Source: a virus
Virus record (IMG/VR): IMGVR_UViG_3300027763_000034
Span: 1-64,000 of that record
Direction: 5' to 3' (one strand)
DNA: 64,000 nt
Of the stretch, positions 57,206-64,000 are shown piece after piece; within the stretch, counting starts at the first letter, position 1, and every line of letters begins with the position of its first letter. The notes beneath the pieces are model-generated. The model was not told where the DNA came from. It ran no database searches and was given only the letters and a program-made list of their open reading frames with translations. A program made the translations under genes and the position numbers.

Positions 57206-58051
57206 ATGTATTTTTATGACAGACCAGATTGTATAAAACTTTCAAGCTACACCGACGCTTATGGAACCCCAAGCGGTATATTTTTGTTTAAAAACATACT
57301 GCCCGAAGAATTAATGTTAGACCTTGAAAACGAGCTGGACTCAATAGACTACCGAGACACCTTTAAATATTCAGGAACACTTATTAGCTGGTATGAGAAT
57401 AAGATGGCCCCTAGACCAAAAAAACTATTAGAGTTTTGGGAATTTATTAGTGAGCTTCTTTATCCACATTATGTTATTCACCCTTCACAATCAATCTTAA
57501 ATATAAGACCTGGGGACGGTGGAATGTTTACACATTCAGATAGTCCTGGAAAGGGTGCTTGCCATCTTTTATCTCAAGACGACAAATATGCAACATGCTG
57601 TGTAATTGACTACGGTCTAGTTGCTTATTTTGGACACTTTACTGGCGGAGAAATATTTTATCCAGACATCAACCCAGATGGAACTATAAAAACTGATGAC
57701 AACAGACAAGCAGGTCAATACGAATACCTTCCTCAGCGTGGAGACATACTTATTCACAGCGCTTTTGATCCATACAGCCACGGAGTAAAAGAAGTTGAAT
57801 CTGGTGTAAGGTATGCGTTTTCAAACTTCTGTTTAAAGACAGAAGACAATCCAGGAACATTCTACAATTACAAAACTCCAGAGTATTACGAACAAATAGG
57901 AAATGGAACAGAGGATGAGCTTGATAAGTGGATGCAGCCATTAAGAGAAAATCCACAGTTCTCAAAAGATAGAATTGCAATTATGCAAGCATCAGGCCTT
58001 GAAGGTAAAGAATTAGCATCTACATTTATGTCCGAATTCAAAGAGCATTAA
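57206..58051 (+). CDS. 2OG-Fe(II) oxygenase
   Basis: MFTHSD...FTGGEIFYP...HGVKEVESGVRY; GGAGG SD before 57206. Confidence 0.88.
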   Translation: MYFYDRPDCIKLSSYTDAYGTPSGIFLFKNILPEELMLDLENELDSIDYRDTFKYSGTLISWYENKMAPRPKKLLEFWEFISELLYPHYVIHPSQSILNIRPGDGGMFTHSDSPGKGACHLLSQDDKYATCCVIDYGLVAYFGHFTGGEIFYPDINPDGTIKTDDNRQAGQYEYLPQRGDILIHSAFDPYSHGVKEVESGVRYAFSNFCLKTEDNPGTFYNYKTPEYYEQIGNGTEDELDKWMQPLRENPQFSKDRIAIMQASGLEGKELASTFMSEFKEH

Positions 58052-58120
58052 GATCATTTAGTGCAAAAGTGAAAAAATTGAAGTGCGGCGGCGGTAGAAG
58101 ATACCATTTGGAGGATATGA

Positions 58121-58279
58121 ATGCCTAGAGACCATTTTAGTAAGATGATGAAGAGCCCATACTTCCAAACAGATCATTTTAAAAATGAATCCCATGAAGC
58201 TTTACTTGAAGCAAAAATAGAAAATGCTATATTTAAATTCTTTAATAGATTTAAACTTAAGCGATACAGGGCCAAATAA
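58121..58279 (+). CDS. small hypothetical protein
   Basis: GGAGG SD; MPRDHFSKMMKSPYFQTDHFKNES... (52 aa). Confidence 0.5.
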   Translation: MPRDHFSKMMKSPYFQTDHFKNESHEALLEAKIENAIFKFFNRFKLKRYRAK

Positions 58280-58472
58280 GGCTCTTTGAGTAAAGTTCTA
58301 CCAGTTACACTGGTTAAATTCTCTGATGGCCTTCTGAGCCATTATAAGACCCATTCTGACAGAATCTGACAGTAGACAATATGAATATATTCTAGTCAAC
58401 TAGGATATATATACACATACTGCATATATAGATATCAATACCCATGAACATATGATTACAGTCTTATAGAAC

Positions 58473-58616
58473 TTAGAGCTGATCATTGTCTATATCCTCA
58501 TTTAGGTCAAAATCAAAGATTTCTTCTTTACCCGCCCAATTTAAAAATCTAGACAATGCAACTCCTGAAAGGATTGCTGTCGCAATTAGACTTACCAATG
58601 CCCATATCTTTTTCAT
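58473..58616 (-). CDS. small membrane protein
   Basis: MKKIWALVSLIATAILSGVALSRFLNWAGKEEIFDFDLNEDIDNDQL. Confidence 0.5.
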   Translation of the reverse strand: MKKIWALVSLIATAILSGVALSRFLNWAGKEEIFDFDLNEDIDNDQL

Positions 58617-58690
58617 TTAATATCATCCCAAAATGCAATAATAGCAATAACTATTGGTCCAAATATAATTGATGCTTGAAGCCAGTTCAT
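58613..58690 (-). CDS. 25-aa single-TM microprotein
   Basis: MNWLQASIIFGPIVIAIIAFWDDIK, with ATGA overlaps at both ends. Confidence 0.5.
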   Translation of the reverse strand: MNWLQASIIFGPIVIAIIAFWDDIK

Positions 58691-59322
58691 AGGTCATACC
58701 CAAATGTATGAAATTCCCATGCCCATTCATATGATATATTCTCCATCTGCTCTTCTGAAAACACATCTTTTGCAGTTATTTCTTTTGGTCTATGAGCTTT
58801 TTGATATACATTTAAATCTAAATGCAATCCTTTGGGCTCTAAAATTTTATTAATTCCTGGCTCAATTCCATCCTCATATTTAATAACATTTTTAACCTGA
58901 ATAACACCATCTTTGGAGTATAACCCTTTTGTACTTTTTAACCACCCACGCCATTCTTCTCTTAAAGTGTTTTCAAAATATCTATTTACAAAATTAGATC
59001 TATCTCCAGATAAATAGTTTTGCATATTACCTGTATACTCTAGCTGCAAAAAGAAATCTGACATGACTGTATCGTATGGGTTTCTGACCACAACGCATGA
59101 GTCTACTTCAGATAAATTTTCAATCAGTGTTTCTAATTCTGAGTATGGGATATGATTAAAAAACTTTTCATCATTTCTTGGACTATGTCTTTCATCTATT
59201 GGATGTACTGGAGTTACAACAGCATCATCGTCCATTATTTGAGATAAACAAATTTCAGTTGAAGACCCTCCAACTTTTTTATTTTTTAAATATAAAAAAT
59301 TATATTTTTTTGAATATATCAT
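58687..59322 (-). CDS. sulfotransferase family protein
   Basis: FLYLKNKKVGGSS, VVRNPYDTVMSDF, C-terminal E...FGY. Confidence 0.78.
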   Translation of the reverse strand: MIYSKKYNFLYLKNKKVGGSSTEICLSQIMDDDAVVTPVHPIDERHSPRNDEKFFNHIPYSELETLIENLSEVDSCVVVRNPYDTVMSDFFLQLEYTGNMQNYLSGDRSNFVNRYFENTLREEWRGWLKSTKGLYSKDGVIQVKNVIKYEDGIEPGINKILEPKGLHLDLNVYQKAHRPKEITAKDVFSEEQMENISYEWAWEFHTFGYDL

Positions 59323-59335
59323 TTAATGCCTCCAG

Positions 59336-59410
59336 TAGGGATACTGGGATTTGAACCCAGAATCTATTGTATATAAGACAAGTGCTTTAACCAGATTAAG
59401 CTATATCCCC
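59336..59410 (-). tRNA. tRNA-Ile (anticodon UAU)
   Basis: GGGGATA-TA-GCTTAATCTGGTTAAAGC-A-CTTGT-CTTATAT-ACAAT-AGATT-CTGGG-TTCAAAT-CCCAG-TATCCCT-A. Cloverleaf with one anticodon-stem mismatch; CCA not encoded. Confidence 0.85.
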
Positions 59411-59416
59411 TAGGGA

Positions 59417-59533
59417 CTAGCGTATTCGGCTTGCTACTAGCTTTTCAATGCAAGATGTGCAAAAGTTTTCAAGTATGCCTTTAGCGTTTATACGCTCTAC
59501 ATACTTTGGGTTTTCACAAAAATCACATTTCAT
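59417..59533 (-). CDS. 38-aa zinc-finger microprotein
   Basis: MKCDFCENPKYVERINAKGILENFCTSCIEKLVASRIR (two CxxC); leaderless promoter TGGTATACT. Confidence 0.6.
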   Translation of the reverse strand: MKCDFCENPKYVERINAKGILENFCTSCIEKLVASRIR

Positions 59534-59553
59534 AGTATTAGTATACCATAATT

Positions 59554-60153
59554 TTAGTTGACTGCAATTTTATATTTGTATTCCCAATATCTATCATAGG
59601 TCTGCTTGACAATGTCGCTTGATTCAACCGCAGCTTTTAATATTGGTTTTTCTGGTGTTCCTATATTTCTATTTCTTCTAGCAAGTGGATAATTTACATC
59701 AGAAAGGTTTGCAACTAACTTTTCATCTACCCATTTATCAGTTACATCAAAATCTACAATAGGTATATTAAACTTATCAGAAATCTTTTGTACTAGATCC
59801 ATTGGATTATTTCTCATATCTTCATACACATAAATTAATACGTTGTCCCTTTCAAAATCATCCATGAAAACGTTGTATAGCGTATTATAATATTTTATTT
59901 TTAGTTTTAATGTATCTGAATTAGATATTTCAAATTCCCGCAAATCTGGAGAATCTATGCCTTGAAAATGTCTTTCTAAGCCTGAGACTATTGCGTAATA
60001 TGGATCTCTAAGTATGTATACCTGATTTCCGCCTTCTGTTAGCAGATGCGGCTGATGTGTTGTTTGAAACCATTTTCCAAAAGCTTTTTGTAAAATAGTG
60101 CTACAATAAGTTGTACCTGATCCTGGGGCTGAGTTTATAATTAAGTCATCCAT
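59554..60153 (-). CDS. sulfotransferase-like P-loop protein
   Basis: IINSAPGSGTTY...TH...ILRDPYYAIVS...YED....P. Confidence 0.7.
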   Translation of the reverse strand: MDDLIINSAPGSGTTYCSTILQKAFGKWFQTTHQPHLLTEGGNQVYILRDPYYAIVSGLERHFQGIDSPDLREFEISNSDTLKLKIKYYNTLYNVFMDDFERDNVLIYVYEDMRNNPMDLVQKISDKFNIPIVDFDVTDKWVDEKLVANLSDVNYPLARRNRNIGTPEKPILKAAVESSDIVKQTYDRYWEYKYKIAVN

Positions 60154-61447
60154 TTATATTTTCCTTTTCTATTTGTTTTTTATACTCCAAAAATAATTCT
60201 TTCATTGGCTCATATTCACGTATTCTATTATTAATAAGGCTCCTTAAAGGATTTATTTTTTTTGGAATTCTTTTTTCAGCAAACTTATCATTTTTCATTT
60301 TATTAATAATAATTTCTTGAATTAAATTTGAATCAAAATCTTTTAGTTTAGCATTAAATTTATTAGAAAATTTATTTAAAAAGTTTTCTGGTGTTTTTGT
60401 TAAAAACTCAAATGTGCACAATAAAGCATGACTACTTTCTTCTTTATTTAATTGATTTAAAAAATACCTATAATCTTTTATACATCTTTCAAACATATCA
60501 TCTAATATAAATCTATCAAATTTTATTTGATTCATAAATCTAGCATTCTCGAGATAGTTAAGTGAACTTGAGTTTTTACTTAAATCAAGTTCTATACAAG
60601 ATGCTATTGATTCGTATGGATCTCTTATTATTGATACATCAAAAATATTTTTATTAAAAGATGTGTAGTCGTGGTGCTGCGATTCGTACCTGGAGTCTTC
60701 AACATATTCATGTAGTAAATTTTCAGCAAAAGTATTTCCACATCCTGGTGGTGATATCAGACTGAACTGAACAGTTTTAATCAAAGATGCTTTTTTAATA
60801 AATAAATCATATATCTTGCTCCAATATTCTCTCTTTAAAGAATCTTGTGGATGAGGGGCCCATGTTGCAGTATCTTCTGGGGTAAATTCAGATAGTCCAA
60901 CTGCCTCTCTAATTTCTAATTGAGTTATCGGTTTAAGCATATTATGATCTCTAACATACTTGTTAAGAGTGCTTATAAATATGCCATTAATTTTTCTTCT
61001 TTCTTCGTAAGTATAGCTTGGAGAAATCCCATCATACTTTAGAAGCATTTCAGTGAATTGCGGAAGTGGTTCTATTAACTGTATTGTTGAGCCCTTAAAG
61101 TATTCTCTAACACGGTCTAAATACTCTATAACTGTTTGCTCTGTATTTTGATGTTTTGGTAGCCACTGTCTAATGTCTACATATCCCAGCCATAACATAA
61201 CTATGTCTGAATCTTTAAATTCGTTAAATGGTCTTACCCAGTAATCTCTTTGCTTTACACAATAATCGCTTCCGCTTTCTATTCCACTGGATTCCGCTTT
61301 TTCTTCCTCAAGTTTTTTTGGATCAAATGCCCATGCTGTCATACCAGCAACTCCCCAGACCTTAAAATCTACTGGGCAATCTTCTGGATTCCAATGCTCC
61401 CATATTCTGGTTGAGTGGCAATCTCCTATAAGGTTTACTGATCTCAT
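60146..61447 (-). CDS. SGNH-like N-terminal domain fused to a sulfotransferase-like domain
   Basis: LIGDCHS...WLGYVDIR...EPLPQ...N (SGNH-like); LISPPGCGNTF...IIRDPYESIAS (sulfotransferase-like). Confidence 0.6.
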   Translation of the reverse strand: MRSVNLIGDCHSTRIWEHWNPEDCPVDFKVWGVAGMTAWAFDPKKLEEEKAESSGIESGSDYCVKQRDYWVRPFNEFKDSDIVMLWLGYVDIRQWLPKHQNTEQTVIEYLDRVREYFKGSTIQLIEPLPQFTEMLLKYDGISPSYTYEERRKINGIFISTLNKYVRDHNMLKPITQLEIREAVGLSEFTPEDTATWAPHPQDSLKREYWSKIYDLFIKKASLIKTVQFSLISPPGCGNTFAENLLHEYVEDSRYESQHHDYTSFNKNIFDVSIIRDPYESIASCIELDLSKNSSSLNYLENARFMNQIKFDRFILDDMFERCIKDYRYFLNQLNKEESSHALLCTFEFLTKTPENFLNKFSNKFNAKLKDFDSNLIQEIIINKMKNDKFAEKRIPKKINPLRSLINNRIREYEPMKELFLEYKKQIEKENING

Positions 61448-61576
61448 ACTTTATTGTATCATTCTATGTATCACTTGATCTTAGGTCTTAGGTCTTATAT
61501 ATTTAATATTTATTATTTATTGATTTACTGACCCCCCGACCCCCCTATTGGAAGTATACTAAATGAAAATTCTATG

Positions 61577-62227
61577 TCAAGGCATTACGGAAACATTACC
61601 AACACGATCAATCCCAAATAATAAAATATTTTTTTGAGATCCTTTTTTAAAAGTAATTACTGGCATATATAAATTTTGTGTATCTTCTGGTATATAGTAC
61701 GCATTGTCTGGTATGTCCGCTTTAAACTCTTTGCAGCTGAAGTCCATGTCACAACTTAGAAATATTGGAGTATCTCGATCTTGATACCAAGAAAACTTAG
61801 CTCCAGGGTTTACATGGTTTTTTGCTATCTGATTATAAAATTGATATAGCCTTAATGTAGACTTATCTGTATAGTCATCATGTGGAGAATCATCTAGAAA
61901 TATCGTATCATACGTCCCAAGGCCATTTAAAGCCTTTTGCCAAGATCCTTCTACAATTATGACTCTATGCCTTTGTTCTCCCGCCCACTTACGAGCCTTC
62001 TGAAGTACCTCTGGGCTACTTTCAATGATGGTGTGTGACTCTATGTCATGCATCTGTATTTCAGTGGCTGAAAACCCCATTCCAAAGCCGATTTCCAAAA
62101 CATGACCTTTGGGATTTAAATTTTTAATAATAGCTTGCATATACGGCTTTTCCCATTCCATCATTACCTGGAAATTATTTTTATCAATTAAAATATCTTT
62201 GTCGTACTGATCTTTTCCGTATTCCAT
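61577..62227 (-). CDS. SAM-dependent methyltransferase (GAMT/RMT2-like)
   Basis: VMMEWEKPYM, VLEIGFGMG, HTIIE, G.WQ..L..L..YD.IF.D. Confidence 0.85.
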   Translation of the reverse strand: MEYGKDQYDKDILIDKNNFQVMMEWEKPYMQAIIKNLNPKGHVLEIGFGMGFSATEIQMHDIESHTIIESSPEVLQKARKWAGEQRHRVIIVEGSWQKALNGLGTYDTIFLDDSPHDDYTDKSTLRLYQFYNQIAKNHVNPGAKFSWYQDRDTPIFLSCDMDFSCKEFKADIPDNAYYIPEDTQNLYMPVITFKKGSQKNILLFGIDRVGNVSVMP

Positions 62228-62363
62228 ATCTTAATTGTAGCATTTGTATTTTAGTCGACTGCTATTTCATATTTCTAAAAATGTTAATATATTTTTATTA
62301 TGTATGATACATACCTAAAAACAAAACGGACATTTGGGATAGACCGCACATATTAAGCGTGAA

Positions 62364-62476
62364 TGTGTCCTATCTCACAGGATAATTCTAAGATTTATTC
62401 CGACACGCCGAGAGATAACTTGATAAATGTCAGTCCCCTAGTGTAGAGTTATCTTATAACAACAAACGAAAGGAGT
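62364..62476 (+). promoter_or_regulatory. composite early-type promoter 1
   Basis: TGTGT-N6-TCACA (62364-79), GACAC (62402-06), TTGATA (62420-25), TGTCAG (62428-33)-N10-TAGAGT, ACAACAAACGAAAGGAG leader. Confidence 0.7.
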
Positions 62477-62482
62477 CACACA

Positions 62483-62659
62483 ATGACTCAACTTACAGAA
62501 ACACTATACAGCACTATTGTGCACGACTTCCATAATGGTGGGGTCAAGTCCTCTTATGGACTCAATGCCTATACACGCAAGGCTCTATTGCGTGACCTAC
62601 TCTCTAGCAAGGCTTGCTATTGCATAGAGTGCGTGTGTGAGGTAACTCACACCGCATAA
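62483..62659 (+). CDS. small hypothetical protein
   Basis: AAGGAG SD; MTQLTETLYSTIVHDFHNGGVKSSYGL...CYCIECVC. Confidence 0.65.
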   Translation: MTQLTETLYSTIVHDFHNGGVKSSYGLNAYTRKALLRDLLSSKACYCIECVCEVTHTA

Positions 62660-62741
62660 GGCTCACGCTACGGCGTGTCGCCTTGATAATGTCAGCCCAC
62701 TAGGCTACAATACTTACTATAACTACTAACGAAAAGGATAG
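62636..62741 (+). promoter_or_regulatory. composite early-type promoter 2
   Basis: TGTGA-N6-TCACA (62636-51), CGGCGTGTCG (62671-80), TTGATA, TGTCAG (62690-95)-N10-TACAAT (62706-11). Confidence 0.72.
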
Positions 62742-62749
62742 AAAATAAA

Positions 62750-62902
62750 ATGAAGATAACTTACTCACTATGGGACGGCGCTCAACTACTAGGCGTGGAT
62801 TTCACCGCTAATAGCGCAGACGAAATGAATAAGGTCGTAGCAGACCTAATGAAAGTTTCTCGTAATGTCGTAGCACATATGCGAAAGGTAGAGCAGAACT
62901 AA
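62750..62902 (+). CDS. small hypothetical protein
   Basis: MKITYSLWDGAQLLGVDFTANSADEM...; first gene of a TAATG-coupled chain. Confidence 0.65.
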   Translation: MKITYSLWDGAQLLGVDFTANSADEMNKVVADLMKVSRNVVAHMRKVEQN

Positions 62903-63084
62903 TGTCATACGCATACTCATACCAAACTAACTCAATAGATAAATATAACTCTATTCAATCAGATGTCGCAGACGCATACGCATACCTTGATGAAGAAGAA
63001 ACAGAGCAACCCCCTGTTGATGATTTTGATGATGTAGATGATGAAGAATTGGCGCAAGTATTCGCACTAAGTTGGGATAACTAA
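62902..63084 (+). CDS. small acidic hypothetical protein
   Basis: TAATG coupled; very D/E-rich. Confidence 0.65.
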   Translation: MSYAYSYQTNSIDKYNSIQSDVADAYAYLDEEETEQPPVDDFDDVDDEELAQVFALSWDN

Positions 63085-63221
63085 TGAACTTAGAACTAAA
63101 CGGATATGGTCTATGCCTAGATAGCGATTGGTTCTATGTCGCACTAGATTGGAAACTAATAACACTAACCGCCCTAGTGGTAATCGCCTATAAGATTTAT
63201 AAGAGAAAGAAGAATAAGTAA
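63084..63221 (+). CDS. small membrane protein
   Basis: MNLELNGYGLCLDSDWFYVALDWKLITLTALVVIAYKIYKRKKNK; TAATG coupled. Confidence 0.6.
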   Translation: MNLELNGYGLCLDSDWFYVALDWKLITLTALVVIAYKIYKRKKNK

Positions 63222-63331
63222 TGACTACTAATCGCCTACTAACTACCCTAGTGCAACTGGGTATTGGTATCCCCGCCCTGCTTATGCTACGCCTTGCTAT
63301 AAAAGACTTCTTAGAGAATGGACTAGATTAA
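63221..63331 (+). CDS. small membrane protein
   Basis: MTTNRLLTTLVQLGIGIPALLMLRLAIKDFLENGLD; TAATG coupled. Confidence 0.6.
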   Translation: MTTNRLLTTLVQLGIGIPALLMLRLAIKDFLENGLD

Positions 63332-63525
63332 TGAAATCGGAATTAGAGAGAGATTTAGAAATCAAAGAAAGTTTTATTGATTTACTAAATGATGTTTATC
63401 CTACTGTAAAAATCGGTTACTCTACATTCACACCCGCCGAGATTTTGGAGTGTTGCGATCCTATCGCTTTTTCTATCGGACTAATTGAGCACCAAGATTA
63501 TTTAGAAGAATTAGAAGAAGAATAA
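63331..63525 (+). CDS. small hypothetical protein
   Basis: F.DLLNDVYP.VKIG..TF.PAEIL.CCDPIAF; TAATG coupled. Confidence 0.65.
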   Translation: MKSELERDLEIKESFIDLLNDVYPTVKIGYSTFTPAEILECCDPIAFSIGLIEHQDYLEELEEE

Positions 63526-63615
63526 CGGCGTGTCGGCTTGACAATGTCAAGCTGGCCCGCAAAGGCACGGGGTCGGGCGTGTCGTTACGGGCTTTGCATA
63601 GAACCCCTAGAATTT

Positions 63616-63728
63616 TGTGATTTTTATCACATAGGTTGAGCGTCTCAGTATTTGGATTTACTGGCTAGTAATTATCTTATGTCAGTGGGTTCGTGTATAA
63701 TGTCTACTATAACAACAACGAAAGAAGG
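63616..63728 (+). promoter_or_regulatory. composite early-type promoter 3
   Basis: TGTGA-N6-TCACA (63616-31), TGTCAG (63680-85)-N10-TATAAT (63696-701), ACAACAACGAAAGAAGG leader. Confidence 0.72.
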
Positions 63729-63735
63729 TCAATTC

Positions 63736-63855
63736 ATGAACCTAGATGAATTCAAGGCGCATGTTATCGCCACCCGTCAAGCAAGCAAGGCAGAAGCCTT
63801 GTCAGTGCTATCTGCTACAATGTCAGTATCAACAACAACGAAAGAAGGAAAGTAA
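63736..63855 (+). CDS. small hypothetical protein (3' half contains promoter 4)
   Basis: AGAAGG SD; MNLDEFKAHVIATRQASKAEAL... Confidence 0.55.
   Translation: MNLDEFKAHVIATRQASKAEALSVLSATMSVSTTTKEGK
63800..63848 (+). promoter_or_regulatory. early-type promoter 4
   Basis: TGTCAG-N10-TACAAT followed by CAACAACAACGAAAGAAGG. Confidence 0.65.
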
Positions 63856-64000
63856 TGTCAGCAAATGTTTACAATGTAACCGATTTACTAATCGGAAAAA
63901 CTTATCGCTCAAATTCCGTAACTGGAGAAATTATCTCAGCGGAAATTCACCCGCAAGCAATTTGGTATGAAGGCGCAGAAGCGTATCGTGTCCAAATTAG
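63855..64000 (+). CDS. hypothetical protein, runs off the window
   Basis: MSANVYNVTDLLIGKTYRSNSVTGEIISAEIHPQAIWYEGAEAYRVQI... Confidence 0.6.
   Translation, partial: MSANVYNVTDLLIGKTYRSNSVTGEIISAEIHPQAIWYEGAEAYRVQI

Noticed and set aside
58061-58100. GC-rich GTGCGGCGGCGGTAGAAG island after an A-rich tract
   Set aside because: Single occurrence with no structure or function that can be supported from this window.
63652-63970. ORF-track calls 63652-63855 (long form) and 63746-63970
   Set aside because: SD and promoter positions support starts at 63736 and 63855 instead.

Overview
This is a 64 kb AT-rich segment of a tailed dsDNA phage with siphovirus-like morphogenesis genes (very long tape measure, no sheath gene). 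The host is probably an actinobacterium; this is inferred from leaderless genes and CRP-like and WhiA-like boxes. Almost everything from 1 to 55.6 kb is on the minus strand. From left to right: replication (SSB, primase, DnaB helicase), tail tip and tail, a 2723-aa tape measure, tail chaperones with a -1 frameshift, neck, HK97 capsid, protease/scaffold and portal. A ~22 kb block of fibre/decoration genes follows, interrupted by a protein-modification operon, then a holin-like gene and class II RNR. Beyond that lie a lytic transglycosylase, a putative sRNA, more oxygenase/sulfotransferase/methyltransferase genes, tRNA-Ile(UAU), and an early-type region of tiny + strand ORFs with repeated composite promoters. 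There are two top candidates for an undescribed system. (1) An FN3-(FFAPP[G/S])x10-Hint protein heads an operon of a sulfotransferase, six 2OG-Fe(II) hydroxylases and a DUF6065-like gene, which looks like a substrate-plus-tailoring-enzyme cassette. (2) The tape measure carries cargo domains, including a HipA/PI3K-like kinase, between repeated F/Y-A-x-G-G-type motifs. All family assignments come from motifs recognised by eye; no searches were run.
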